Shown here one piece after another: positions 1-20,357 of a DNA stretch of 64,000 bases; positions within the stretch are counted from its first letter, which is position 1, and each line of letters opens with the position of its first letter. Made by a program: the position numbers and the translations under genes. Source of the DNA: the human T2T-CHM13v2.0 reference genome, Homo sapiens; assembly GCF_009914755.1 (NCBI RefSeq), contig NC_060938.1; one strand, written 5' to 3'. The notes under the pieces were generated by a model, which was not told the origin of the DNA, made no database searches, and worked only from the letters and a program-made list of their open reading frames with translations.

Positions 1-120
1 TTATTTGAAAGTGATCATCTTGCACATAAAAATTAGAATATATTTTATGAAGTCCACCAACATTTATCCTGGAATACATGTAGATATTAAAAAATTCAAC
101 ACTAAATCCCAGGAGACATT

Positions 121-310
121 ATAAAATATATATATATATATATGTCCTGATATTTCATATATATATCATACCTAATATTATATATATATGCACATACATA
201 TGTGAAGTATTTGGTAGAATTAATGTCATATATATATACCATATATCACTTACTATATATTATATACATAGTAATATATATAATATAGTTATATATATTG
301 TATTTGGTAG

Positions 311-357
<47 letters not shown>

Positions 358-360
358 CAT
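121..360. repeat. (TA)n low-complexity tract followed by an (ATCT)n/GATA tetranucleotide microsatellite (about 311-356)
   Basis: Directly visible TA runs and about 11 tandem ATCT units. Confidence 0.95.
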
Positions 361-501
361 CTCACACTTTTCCTACACCTCTCATAAAATGGATATTGAC
401 ATGGTTTATAAATTAACTGGATAACAACAACACTGGTGCTATTTATTTTTCTGATACTTCACTAATAACTTATGAATTGACCAATTCTCACCTAGAAATT
501 C

Positions 502-884
502 TGACATGGTTTGGCTCTGTGTTTTCACCCAAAGCTAATACTGAATTGTAAACCCCAAGTGTCAGGCGAGGGGTCTGGTGAGAGGTGATTAGATTGTGGG
601 AGTGGTTTCCTCCACGCTGTTCTCCTGATAGAGTTCTCAGGAGATTGGTTTGTCTGATAAGTTTCCGGCTCTTTATCCTGCTTCTCCTTCTCTCTCTCTC
701 TCTCTCTCTCCATCCTGCTGCCTTGTGAAGAAGGGACTTGCTTCCCCTTCACCTTCCACCATAATTGTAAGTTTCCTGAGGCTCCCCAGCCATGCAGAAC
801 TGTGAGTCCATTAAACCTCTTTCCTTTACGAATTACCCGGTCTCAGGTGATGTCTTTACAGCAGTGTGAGAAAGAAATAATACA
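502..884 (+). mobile_element. THE1/MST-family (ERVL-MaLR) solo LTR
   Basis: Starts TGACATGGTTTGG and ends TAATACA. Contains the MaLR hallmarks CCATGCAGAACTGTGAGTC and ATTAAACCTCTTTCCTTT. Confidence 0.85.
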
Positions 885-1080
885 GACCCTTTCGTATGAA
901 ATGTAATTTTTTAATTAAATAAACATTTCTACCATGAGATAAAACAGTCTTCATGGTGACTAACTATGCGTGTTGATTTTGACATGAGAACCATCATGCT
1001 GTAGATGACGGCATTCTCAGAAAAAATGACCCAGGTTCAAGGAGTTAATGGCAGAGTCATATTTACCTCGTTTTGCTCTG

Positions 1081-1330
1081 TATATATATAATATATATAA
1101 AATGTATATATATAAATGTATATAAATATATATAAATGTATATATATAAATGTATATATATAATCTGTAACTCATAACTTTCTTATATATACAGATTATA
1201 TATATATAATCTGTATATATAATGTATATAGATAGATATAATCTGTATATATATACAGATTATATCTATCTCTCTCTATATATAGTGGATAGTCTACTTA
1301 TATATATACATATAGTGGTTGATATACTTA
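1081..1330. repeat. TA-rich low-complexity microsatellite region
   Basis: Degenerate (TA)n arrays. Confidence 0.9.
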
Positions 1331-2849
1331 GGCTTGGATGCTCTTAAGCAAAAGAAAACAACCCAAGCTTCTAGTCAGAGGTTCTCTGGCTGTTTCCTCG
1401 CTGCACCTGCTCCTAAATGGTGCTCTGCCTTGAGTGAGTTCTGAGCATCTCCTGCTGGTCCTCATGATGCCCATGCAGTCCAAATAAAGGGATGGGGTTG
1501 GGGAATCTGCTTTTGAGACACCCAGTCCTATGTCTGGCTCCTGGCCAGGAATTCTGCCAAGCCTGGGGGCTGCTCCTTGGATGTCTCCTGTGCAACCTCG
1601 CCTGTGCACTGAGCATCCTCACAACAAGGTGACAGGTTCATCATCACAGACATTACTGCAGGCAATTTTCAGCAAATCTAATTGTAGTTTGATGATATAA
1701 TTCAGAAATCATGTTCATTGGGGTGTGACTGACATATCCCCACACAACAAACACACACACTGCATGGACATTCATTTACATTTCCCCAAAACTAGACACA
1801 TTTTGTATTATTCCTGATGAGTTCATAAACTTCTGAGATTTGAATCAGAGTCTAAAACATAACATTTTCTATAACCCAATTTACAAATGAATAAGATGAG
1901 AAAATGGGGTCAGAAAAATCAAGATTGAGTTATTACCGCAGTCTAATGGTGGTAAGTTACATAATGAAGCTGCGATGAGATAGGCTTCTGAGTGCTCTAA
2001 TTGTTAAACTCTCAATTACAGCTGACCAGTAATCTCTGGCCATGGGTAAGCTAGAGGTTCCCCACATGGGAAAGCTCTCTGACTCCATAAAACTTCACTG
2101 GGCTTCTCTGCAGGCTGTGAGCTGAGCAGACTCCTACCCCAGATTCTGCAGTCAGGCAAATCTCTGCTTTTTCCCGGGGACACAAGAGATAGTGTGGATA
2201 AGGGCCAGACAGGCTCTACTCAAGGTCTCTGCACACGGAGAAAAACCAGTGAAAGTGGAAAATGCATGTTCTTGATTCATTGAACAATATCTATGAAAAA
2301 TGCAACTCTGTGTCAGCATATCATGCAGAATTACAAATGAATGCAATTAAAATAACTGAAAATTACAATTGTTTGCAGGCTCACATTTGTTCATGTATTT
2401 TCCAATAAAACACAGTAAAAGCAGGTGTTCTTTATAGAAATCCAAAACAGTGTGTTGTCCCTGAGGATGCACCTCCCTGCCTTTTCCTACAGGCAGCAAA
2501 ATGCAGGTGGGTCAGGTTCCCAGCAGCTGCTTTCTGACATCTGTGGCATGGCGTGTGCTGAAGCCCATGTCCTGTGGTCTACTCTAATGAAATGACTGAC
2601 TCCTCAGGGATTCCTAAGCAGAGCCATTTCTGGGAGTCATGGGGATCACCTGAGAGGCAGCACTGACTTGCACAAAACTCAATTATATTTTGCACTTCCT
2701 TGCACAGCACACAAATATAGGGACCTTCCACCCAATCCAGCTTCCCCCTCTCCTTCACTCAGGGACAGGCTTCCACCATGTGCCATCAGCTTCCCAGCCT
2801 CATTCCACCCCCTGTGCATTTTCTCTCAAAGGGATGAATGTATTTCTCA

Positions 2850-3264
2850 CAACGGATGGATTATTCATGAGTCCCCTGGGCAATTCCTGAAGCTGAGGTT
2901 TCCTCCCCTCCTTTGTAGACCATGCAGGGAAACTTCCTGATGTTACCATGACATGTGTAAACGGTCATGCACTAGGGGGAGTGTCTTTTAGCATGTTAAG
3001 GCAATACAATAAGCATATAATGAGTAGTGAGGATGAATAGAGATCACTTTCGTGACTGTCTTGGTTTTGGTGGGCTGTGGCCAGCTTCTTTACTGTAACC
3101 TTCATCAGCAAGGTCTTTATGACCTGGATCCTGTGCAGACCTCCTATCTCATCCTGTGACTAAGAACGCCTTAGCTTACTGGGAACGTAGCCCAGCAGGT
3201 CTCAGTCTTATTTTTCCTAGCCCCTATTCAAGATGAAGCTGTTCTTATTCAAAAGCTTCTGACA
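2850..3264 (-). mobile_element. MER41-family ERV1 LTR, 3'-truncated
   Basis: The minus strand begins TGTCAGAAGCTTTTGAATAAGAACAGCTTCATCTTGAATAGGGGCTAGG and continues through AGTCACAGGATGAGATAGGAGG and CCCACCAAAACCAAG, matching the recalled MER41 consensus. Confidence 0.75.
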
Positions 3265-4506
3265 TAACAACAACGTAGCAAAAGTATTTATAATATGAGC
3301 ACGACTATATTGCCAAATATATAATAAAATATTATAATGGCAACAATTAATTTTATGTGTCACCTTGACTAGACCACAGTCTCATCTACTCAATCACACA
3401 CTAGCTTAGGTGTTGCTCCCATGGCATAACACAGGTGTTAGTAGAGCCTCCCATTATTTTTTCGTAAGTCACGAAGAGTGTTCTAGATAACCTAGGTGGG
3501 GCTGATTCAATCAGGGCATAATAGAAGACGATGGGACTCCATGGTGGACGGCAGATGCAGGTCTTCCCAGGAATTCCAGCCTGTCTTTCCTGAAGGCCAG
3601 CAGTATTGACCTTAGGCTGCCTAGCCAGGCCCTACTATTGTTACCCAGAGCTCACAGCACAATGGAGTGTCCATCCTCAGCTCTCCTCAAAGTCACGGGT
3701 GAGAGTCCAAACTCTGTGACAGTGTGAGAAGCACAAGATCAGCTCTACATCAGTATCCCATTGGAGAAAACTAGTATTATTCCCTTCATGACTAATGTCC
3801 ACTTCATCTTCCAAACATCTCTGTTCACAGACGACAACAGGAGAGTCCAGACAATGGTGAGTGAGAAAGTCCCCGTAGCCTACCCAGGTCCTGCAGACCT
3901 GAGCCCTGGAATTTAGACTACAGAAAACACATCCTCAGTTTTCGGGGAAGAGAAGAAAGGGAATTGTGAGAATCAAGTATGCAGAGAAGGAAAATGGATT
4001 AGCAGAAAGGGGGTCAAGTGAATCAGTCTGAGTCATATGTACACAGTTTTACAAGACCAGGGGGGATAGCTGTGAAAACCATCAGGCTTTAAGGACCCTG
4101 ACCCTGTGTGAGCGTCTCTCTTGGCTCCTATCAGAACTCAAAGCCTGTTCTAATCAGAGATTCCCGTGGAGGTCGCTGCCCTGAGTCTAACTGGCAAACA
4201 CTCTTCGGGTTCCCCTGAGATTCCTCGGAACTTTCATCCTGCTGACCACAGAAGGATCATCTGCCCCCAAAGTGACACTGTGGTTTCTGTGGAGGTGAGG
4301 GTGTGTCCTCCTGTTACAAAAACAAAGAAACAAAAAGGACAAAAAAGTTTTACATTTAGAGACATGAAATGTCAGTACAGAATTGTAAATCTGGAGAAGT
4401 TCCCTGGGGAAATTTGACAATGAGGCCGCCGCAGGCCATGACAGGAAGCCAGCCCTCAGCAGCACCTGCACCTGCCCTGGAGACAGCCCCGTGCACAGTG
4501 TCCCGG

Positions 4507-4520
4507 GCGCCCCCTGGTGG
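4507..4520 (-). promoter_or_regulatory. CTCF-binding element 3' of the IGHV3-21 RSS
   Basis: CCACCAGGGGGCGC on the minus strand, a canonical CTCF core, 21 bp beyond the nonamer. Confidence 0.85.
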
Positions 4521-4541
4521 TCCTGGGGACCCCTGCAGGGA

Positions 4542-4580
4542 GGTTTGTGTCTGGGCTCACACTGACTTCCCCTCACTGTG
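4542..4580 (-). other. 23-RSS of IGHV3-21
   Basis: Heptamer CACAGTG (4574-4580), 23-bp spacer, nonamer ACACAAACC (4542-4550). Confidence 0.97.
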
Positions 4581-5034
4581 TCTCTCGCACAGTAATACAC
4601 AGCCGTGTCCTCGGCTCTCAGGCTGTTCATTTGCAGATACAGTGAGTTCTTGGCGTTGTCTCTGGAGATGGTGAATCGGCCCTTCACTGAGTCTGCGTAG
4701 TATATGTAACTACTACTACTACTAATGGATGAGACCCACTCCAGCCCCTTCCCTGGAGCCTGGCGGACCCAGTTCATGCTATAGCTACTGAAGGTGAATC
4801 CAGAGGCTGCACAGGAGAGTCTCAGGGACCCCCCAGGCTTGACCAGGCCTCCCCCAGACTCCACCAGCTGCACCTCACACTGGACACCTGCAAACAGAGA
4901 GACATTGGTCAGAAACTGTCACACACATCCACCGTTTCTCTCACTCATATCCACACACACTAAATCTCTCTACTTTTCCATGATTCACCTTCTAAAATAG
5001 CAACAAGGAAAACCCAGCGGAGCCCCAGTTCCAT
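4581..5034 (-). CDS. IGHV3-21: Immunoglobulin heavy variable 3-21, germline; leader exon 4989-5034, V exon 4581-4887
   Basis: Leader [20 protein letters not shown] intron, V region [44 protein letters not shown], open through to the RSS. Confidence 0.97.
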
Positions 5035-5159
5035 GGTGAATCCTCGGTGCTCAGTGCTGATCACCAAGTGGATAGGCCTTGGAATCCAGGGCTAAGGCTC
5101 CTCTCTCAGAGCTGCAGGGTCAGGGTTCGGTTGGTTTTCATCAGTAGAGGGAGGTCCCT

Positions 5160-5167
5160 ATTTGCAT
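5160..5167 (-). promoter_or_regulatory. Octamer motif of the IGHV3-21 promoter
   Basis: ATGCAAAT on the minus strand, about 125 bp upstream of the ATG. Confidence 0.9.
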
Positions 5168-8100
5168 ATCTCCTACTATATAACAAGCTCTAGGGTGGGA
5201 CGCTGGAGGAATAGGCTGTACCCAGATAATAAGACGGTGCCCTGCAGATGTTTGCTGACGATGGTATTTGGAAAATATGCTGTCTTATGAAATTGTGCTG
5301 TGATAAACACTTTGCCCTGATCACCCTATTTCATCTGTAAATATTTGTGTAAATTATGTTCTGTAGGAGTCAATATTTTCTCCTTTTACAGAAGTGGAAG
5401 TAAACCCACAAGTGGAGGGGGCTCTGTATGCATCCAGGAGTTCATGTCTGGGATAAGTGAACGCTGGTATCTGGCCCTGTGCTCCTCGTCACTGGCTGTG
5501 ACATCCCCCTAAACCAACTCCAGGACAAAGCTGGACGTGCCTGGTGTGGTTTTCAGAACCCACTTTCTGTAGTAAGAGCATGTGTGATGTTGCCACCAGC
5601 ACTCACCTGAAAATATGGAGAGAACTAGGGTCCAGACACACTAATTTTCAGATACTTCTGACATTTAACATATGTTTGTATCTTTCTATTACTCCGTGCT
5701 TGTCTAAATTTCCATTTGCTTGTAATACATTTTATGTGGCTTAATTGAAAGATAATAAACTTCACATATTTAAAATGTGCAATTAATAAACGTGATGTAA
5801 CTGTCGTCATTATCAAGAAAGTGGACAAGTGAATTCTTCTCAACACTTCCTCTTATTCTGCTGTATTCCTCCTCCTCTCCCCTTCCCTTCTACCATTTCC
5901 CCCAGCAACTACTGATCCTCATTATTTTACTTCAGATGCATTTTTTATTCATCAGCATTTATAAAAATGAAATGACATAGTATATATTCTTATTTGTTTG
6001 GCATATTTTACTCGGTATAAATACTTAGATATTTTATGTTGTTCTGTGTGTCAGGCATTTATTTATTATAAATGACGGGTAGTATTCCAGTGAACACATT
6101 TACCAGCATTTGTTTTTCTGTTAAGCAGCTTAACAGTATTTGCAGTCTTTTATGACTCTGGGTCTTACCAAAAAAAGCTGCAACTCAGTTTTGAAACGTA
6201 CATAGATGAGGAATATATTCTACTTACTTTTTACAATAACAACATCAACAATATCAGGTAAACAGAGAAAATGGGATTTTGCAAAGTTTTAAAAATACTT
6301 TAAATACTTGAAGTTTTAAGAAAAACATCAAATCTGAAATGCAGGGAGAGGCAAGTTCTTGTAGGCAGTAACAAGGCCAGGATATGAGCTGAACTGGGCA
6401 GAGTCTGGCATGTAAAATGTAGGCTACTACAAGAGAAAAACACACATATATATATTGGATTGCTTGAAGTCAAGTGTGGTAAAAGGTGTTGTATGAATTT
6501 CTCAGGGACCACATACTGAAGAGCTTTCCTATCCTCTTGAATCAGTTTTCCCAATAATGTGGAGAGTCACAAAAATCTTTCCGTGCCAATGTGTCTGTCT
6601 GTGAGAGAAAAAGAACCCACACTTTGAAATGCATTCAGACTCACCTCCTTTATCCCCATTGCAGAACTAAGAAATTACTCTGCAGGGGCAAGCCACCAAA
6701 ACCAGGATCTTAGGGGCACTGGGACAATCCCTTAGAAAATGAGATGGAAAAAGAGGTCTTTACTTAAGTTCCATTGAGAAGTACCTCCCCCTTTCATACT
6801 GAATCAGAGCCTTAATCTATGGGTCAGGTCAGCAAATCTGGAAGATGATAACACCAAAAGAGAACATTGGAGCTGTGGGAGGGAACAACTGGGGAAAACA
6901 AGAGGACTCTCACCCAGGGAAAACAGCAAGAACACACAGACCAACATCTCATCTGGAGGAAGTTCAGAAACAATGGAAAGGTCACACCCAGACTCAGGAT
7001 CACAATATGGACCCATGAAAGGTCAGAAAATATCCCTTTATTCTAAATATCCCTTTATTCTATGACAATTTTACAATTGTCAGTTGAATATAACATCTTA
7101 ACCCCCCTGAAGGAACTGAAGGAGATTCTCTGGAGGAGGGAACAGGTGAAGAGACAAAGCCAAGCAGGAAAGAAAAACAAGGTATCACTGGAGGATCTGA
7201 AGTCTCTGTCGGGCACAGAAGAACAGACTTCAACTCTGACGTCCACTGCAAAAGTAAATGTCAAATGTAGCTCTGAGAAGATTCAGACATTTCCACATTA
7301 AAGGCCTGGCAAAGATAAAGTGTGGTCAAATACAGGCAGAAAATGGATAAAATGAAATAATAAGATAATATCAACTGTCTGACCCAACATGTCTGGTTAT
7401 CAACAACAATTATTACCTATATTAATGAGAAATACTAAAGTCACAATAAACAAATGTTCAGAATGAGATTTGTAAATGATACAGATATTAGAAATATCTG
7501 ATTAAACAAGATATGTAAAGTAACTGTAATTCATATGTGAGAATCTCTTCAAGAAACTGTGGACATAATGCAGGACTAGATAGGGAACTGAGAGATATAA
7601 ATATTAAGAAAGAATCAAATGGAAGTGCATAAGAAACCAAAAGCAATGCAGTATAAACATTGAGCAAACTTTGGGCATACCCCTCAGTAGAGCTGGCTCA
7701 GCTTTTAAATGAAACCATGCACTTAAATTGTCTCTAGAAAATTCACAATGTAAATTGCAAAGGAACAGAGACTGAAGAAACTAAACATTAATATCAAAAA
7801 GTGTAGTATATGTATATTTTAATTCTGAAAAGGAGAAATTGCAGATAAAGAGAAAGTATTTGAAAAAGTAATGGCTAAGAATGTTCCCAATTTTTTGAAA
7901 CACACTGAACTACAGATCCTAGAATCACAGAGAACCCCTAGCAGAGGAAACACAAACAGACACAGACACACACACCACACATCCACCATGGACAGTGTGG
8001 TTACAAGAAAAAGCTCACACATCACACACCACACACACATTTCCTCAACTTTATTCCTTTTACTTAGCTGTTCTAAAATTATTTTTATTTATAGTATTAA

Positions 8101-8309
8101 GTAGAAGTCTAAGTTTAAAATATATTATTCTTTGCATAAGTCTGTCTATACTTACCATGATCAAATACACAGTTTGGTGCAAAAGAATGTAACTATTTTG
8201 TTAGGAATTTAACTATTTCAAATAAAAATGTTATATTTTCCTGGCTCTGTGTTGAATCATTTGTAATGTATGCAAATAAAATCTTTTTTAATTAAAGGAT
8301 TTTTTAAGT

Positions 8310-8941
8310 TGGCAGATAATGATTGTTTATATTTATGGGGTACAGTGTGATATTTCAATACATCTGTGCAATGTGGTTTGACCAAATCAGAACAACGAGC
8401 TAATTCATCAGCTCAGACATTAACATTTCTTTGCTTGGTAGCATACAAAATTCTCTCTTCTGGCTACTTGTAAACATAAAGTGTACAATATATTGTTAAC
8501 TGTAGTCACCCTTCTGCACTGTAGGGCACTAGAGCGTATCCCACCTGTCTACCTGTAATTGTGCATTTGTTAACAAACCACTTCTTATCTCTCGGCCTCC
8601 ACCCATTTCTGATATTTCATAACCACTACTCTACTATTTCCTTCTAGAAGATGAACTTTCTTAAACTTCTACATAACATTGAGAAAATGAGGTATTTTTT
8701 TTTCTGTGTCTGGCTTGTTTCACTCAACACAACGGTTCCCAGTTACATCCATGTTGTTTCAAACAGCGGAATTTCATTTTTAAGGCTGAATAATATTCCA
8801 TTGTGTAAATATACCCCGTTTTATTTACCCATTCACGTTTTGATGGACACATACATTAATTTCATATCGTAATTGTGTTTAGGGCTGCAATAAATATGGG
8901 TCGACAGGTATCTCTTCAATATTAGTTTTTTCTTTTAATTT

Positions 8942-8973
<32 letters not shown>

Positions 8974-9430
8974 CAGCAGTTGCATTGCTGATTTATATGG
9001 TAGTTGTCTTTTTTTTCCCATGATGGCTGTACTAATTTACATTTCCACAAGTGGTCTATAAAAGTGTTCATTTCCATGAAGCCTGGCCAGCTTTTGTTTT
9101 CCTTATGTTGTCTTTCTGCTAACAGACTTTCCAGCAAAGATTAAGGAAAGATAGCTCATTGTGAATTTGCATTTTCCTGATATTAGTTATTTCTAGCAAT
9201 ATATGTATGTATATATCCCTATCGATCTATCTATCTATCCTTTGCATGTCTTCCTCTGAGAGACGTTTATCCATGTTATTCGCCCATTATTAATCATATT
9301 GTTATTTGCAGTTCAGTTGAGTTTATGTGCTTGATAGTAATCCCTTGTCATATGAATAGTTTTGAATATTGTCTATCATCTGCAGGTTCTCTCCTCCTTC
9401 AATTGTTTTCTTTACTGTGCTGGAGGTAAA
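8310..9430 (-). mobile_element. Old L1 (L1MA/MB-type) 3' fragment
   Basis: Antisense L1 3' motifs such as TTTTTAAGGCTGAATAATATTCCATTGTG and GATGGCTGTACTAATTTACATTTCC. Confidence 0.7.
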
Positions 9431-10999
9431 CTTCCTTGATAGAACCAGGACAGGTGGTCTGAGGTGCTGCAGGACATTGCAGGGGAAGAGATGGACCCCA
9501 TATCCAGAACCGTGTGAGCTTTTACTCACCATGTGGTTTGTTTTCTGAGTTTATGGTATGAACAGATGCAGAAGAGTTTGTCACGGGCTTCTGGGGGTTG
9601 AAGAATTTTAAGGGAGAATGATACATCTTATTAGTCAAATAAATAAAAATCTCATAATTGTGTATATGTACTTGTGAGTGGGGGTCACTCAGCAGTGTGT
9701 GTTCATCCCCTGAAAAGAGAAAAATATGTCTCCTGTGGAAAGAAGACATAGGTTTTGACATATGTGGTTATTATTGATGACAACTGAGCCTGGATACTAG
9801 ATCATGTTATAATGCTAGTGGGAAGATTCAATAGAAGAAAGAATGTCATAGCAACAAAAAATGAAGCATCAAAGATTTAAATGAAATGACTTTGAATATT
9901 ACTGGTAATGAACACACCAAGAAAAATCCATTACTATAACCAGAAGAATAATTCATGATCCCCCATGGGATTCAGCTGAAATGATATAAAATTTCCATTA
10001 AATGGCTCATCACCACCCTCATAAAATGGTTCAGAGAACAAACTAAGAACAGAGTGCGACCTTACAGCAAGTGGAGGCCAAACATTTGGGAGAGAGAGAG
10101 TCTATGTTGGAATCGTGAGAAGTAGAAACCTGAACTCTGCAGAGAAGCAGCAGTGATCAAAGGCAGTGCTGAGTCCACTTGAATTTAGTGTTGAATACAT
10201 GATGATGGGTTTCTCTACCCTCATTCAGTTTTTGCTCCCAATACGCTCTTGGAAGCTTAGTTGTGAACATTTGGAATCTACCTAAATCTCAATCACGGCA
10301 AGCAATTTTTCACTGAAGAAAGAGGTAACAATTTGGGGGAAATTAAATTTAGGTTATAAATATTAGTTTTTGAAACCTCAATGTCACTCTCTAGTAACTT
10401 ATATCATAAAATACTCAGCCTCATCAATGGAATCCTCTTATCCTATCAGGGGTGAGTGTCCATGTGGGCAGGAGGTGCAGTCATGGAGGCCGGGGAGATG
10501 GTCTGTCCAGGCTTTCCTGGTCCTTCAGAGGAGAAGTGCAGACTCATCTCCTCCCCTAGTCCTACCAATTTTCATATATGTGTGTGGACCTTGAGAATGT
10601 CATTGCCATATCTCTACATAATAGGAGTAAAATGGGGCATGAAGCTGATATGCTGGGTGTATCAGTGTTGAATTGGGAAAAGAAATTACCTGCATACATG
10701 AAGTGTTCCATTATCCAGGCCTGGAGCCTCTCACATCTAGGCTTTGCATTTTATTAGTGATTTTCTGTGTTGTTTAGTCCGTTCAAATGTTCTTTTTAAG
10801 TTTCTACTGAAATTGACTCACATAATAATCTAGAGGCACAAAGATTAAAGAATGACTTATTTGGAAATTAACCTAGGTTCCAGGTGGGGTCATAGTTAGT
10901 TTGTGGTGATAGTGAGACAGGGAGAAGCATAGCTGGAAACTGACTGTGCTCAAAAATGCTTCATGTTAATAGAGGAGACCCTGTACACACAAGACATTT

Positions 11000-18090
<7,091 letters not shown>

Positions 18091-18419
18091 TGTGAAATTT
18101 ATTTTTTCTCATTGTTGGCCTGACTCTCTCTCTCTCTCCCTCTCTCTCTCTCTATCATTCTTTTTCTTGCCTTCTCATAATGATTTTCTGTATCATTCTG
18201 AAACCCGCCAACAGTATGCATCTGGAATCACGCCAATTACCAGCCTTAAAAAGAAAAATGTGCAAAGTCATAATTTTCTTAACAAGGTTAGAAAACTTCC
18301 TGCATTTCCACCAGGCTCATTAGAGACTCCCAGTGAGAATCATGGTCAAACATTATTTGTTTTTGGATCATACCTCAAAACTGAAACTGCTTTTTATAAT
18401 GGATATTCCTATTGCATTT

Positions 18420-20350
<1,931 letters not shown>

Positions 20351-20357
20351 TGCAGGT

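Noticed and set aside
2865-2900. MER41 as an interferon-gamma/STAT1 enhancer near IGHV3-21
   Set aside because: Relative to the recalled MER41B consensus, the first GAS site reads CTTCAGGAA rather than TTCCGGGAA and the second appears deleted.
4187-4873. 228-aa ORF (and the 194-aa ORF 37863-38447) suggesting V proteins with novel C-termini
   Set aside because: These are read-through of unrearranged V exons across the RSS into flank DNA; the listed starts are not the real leader ATGs.
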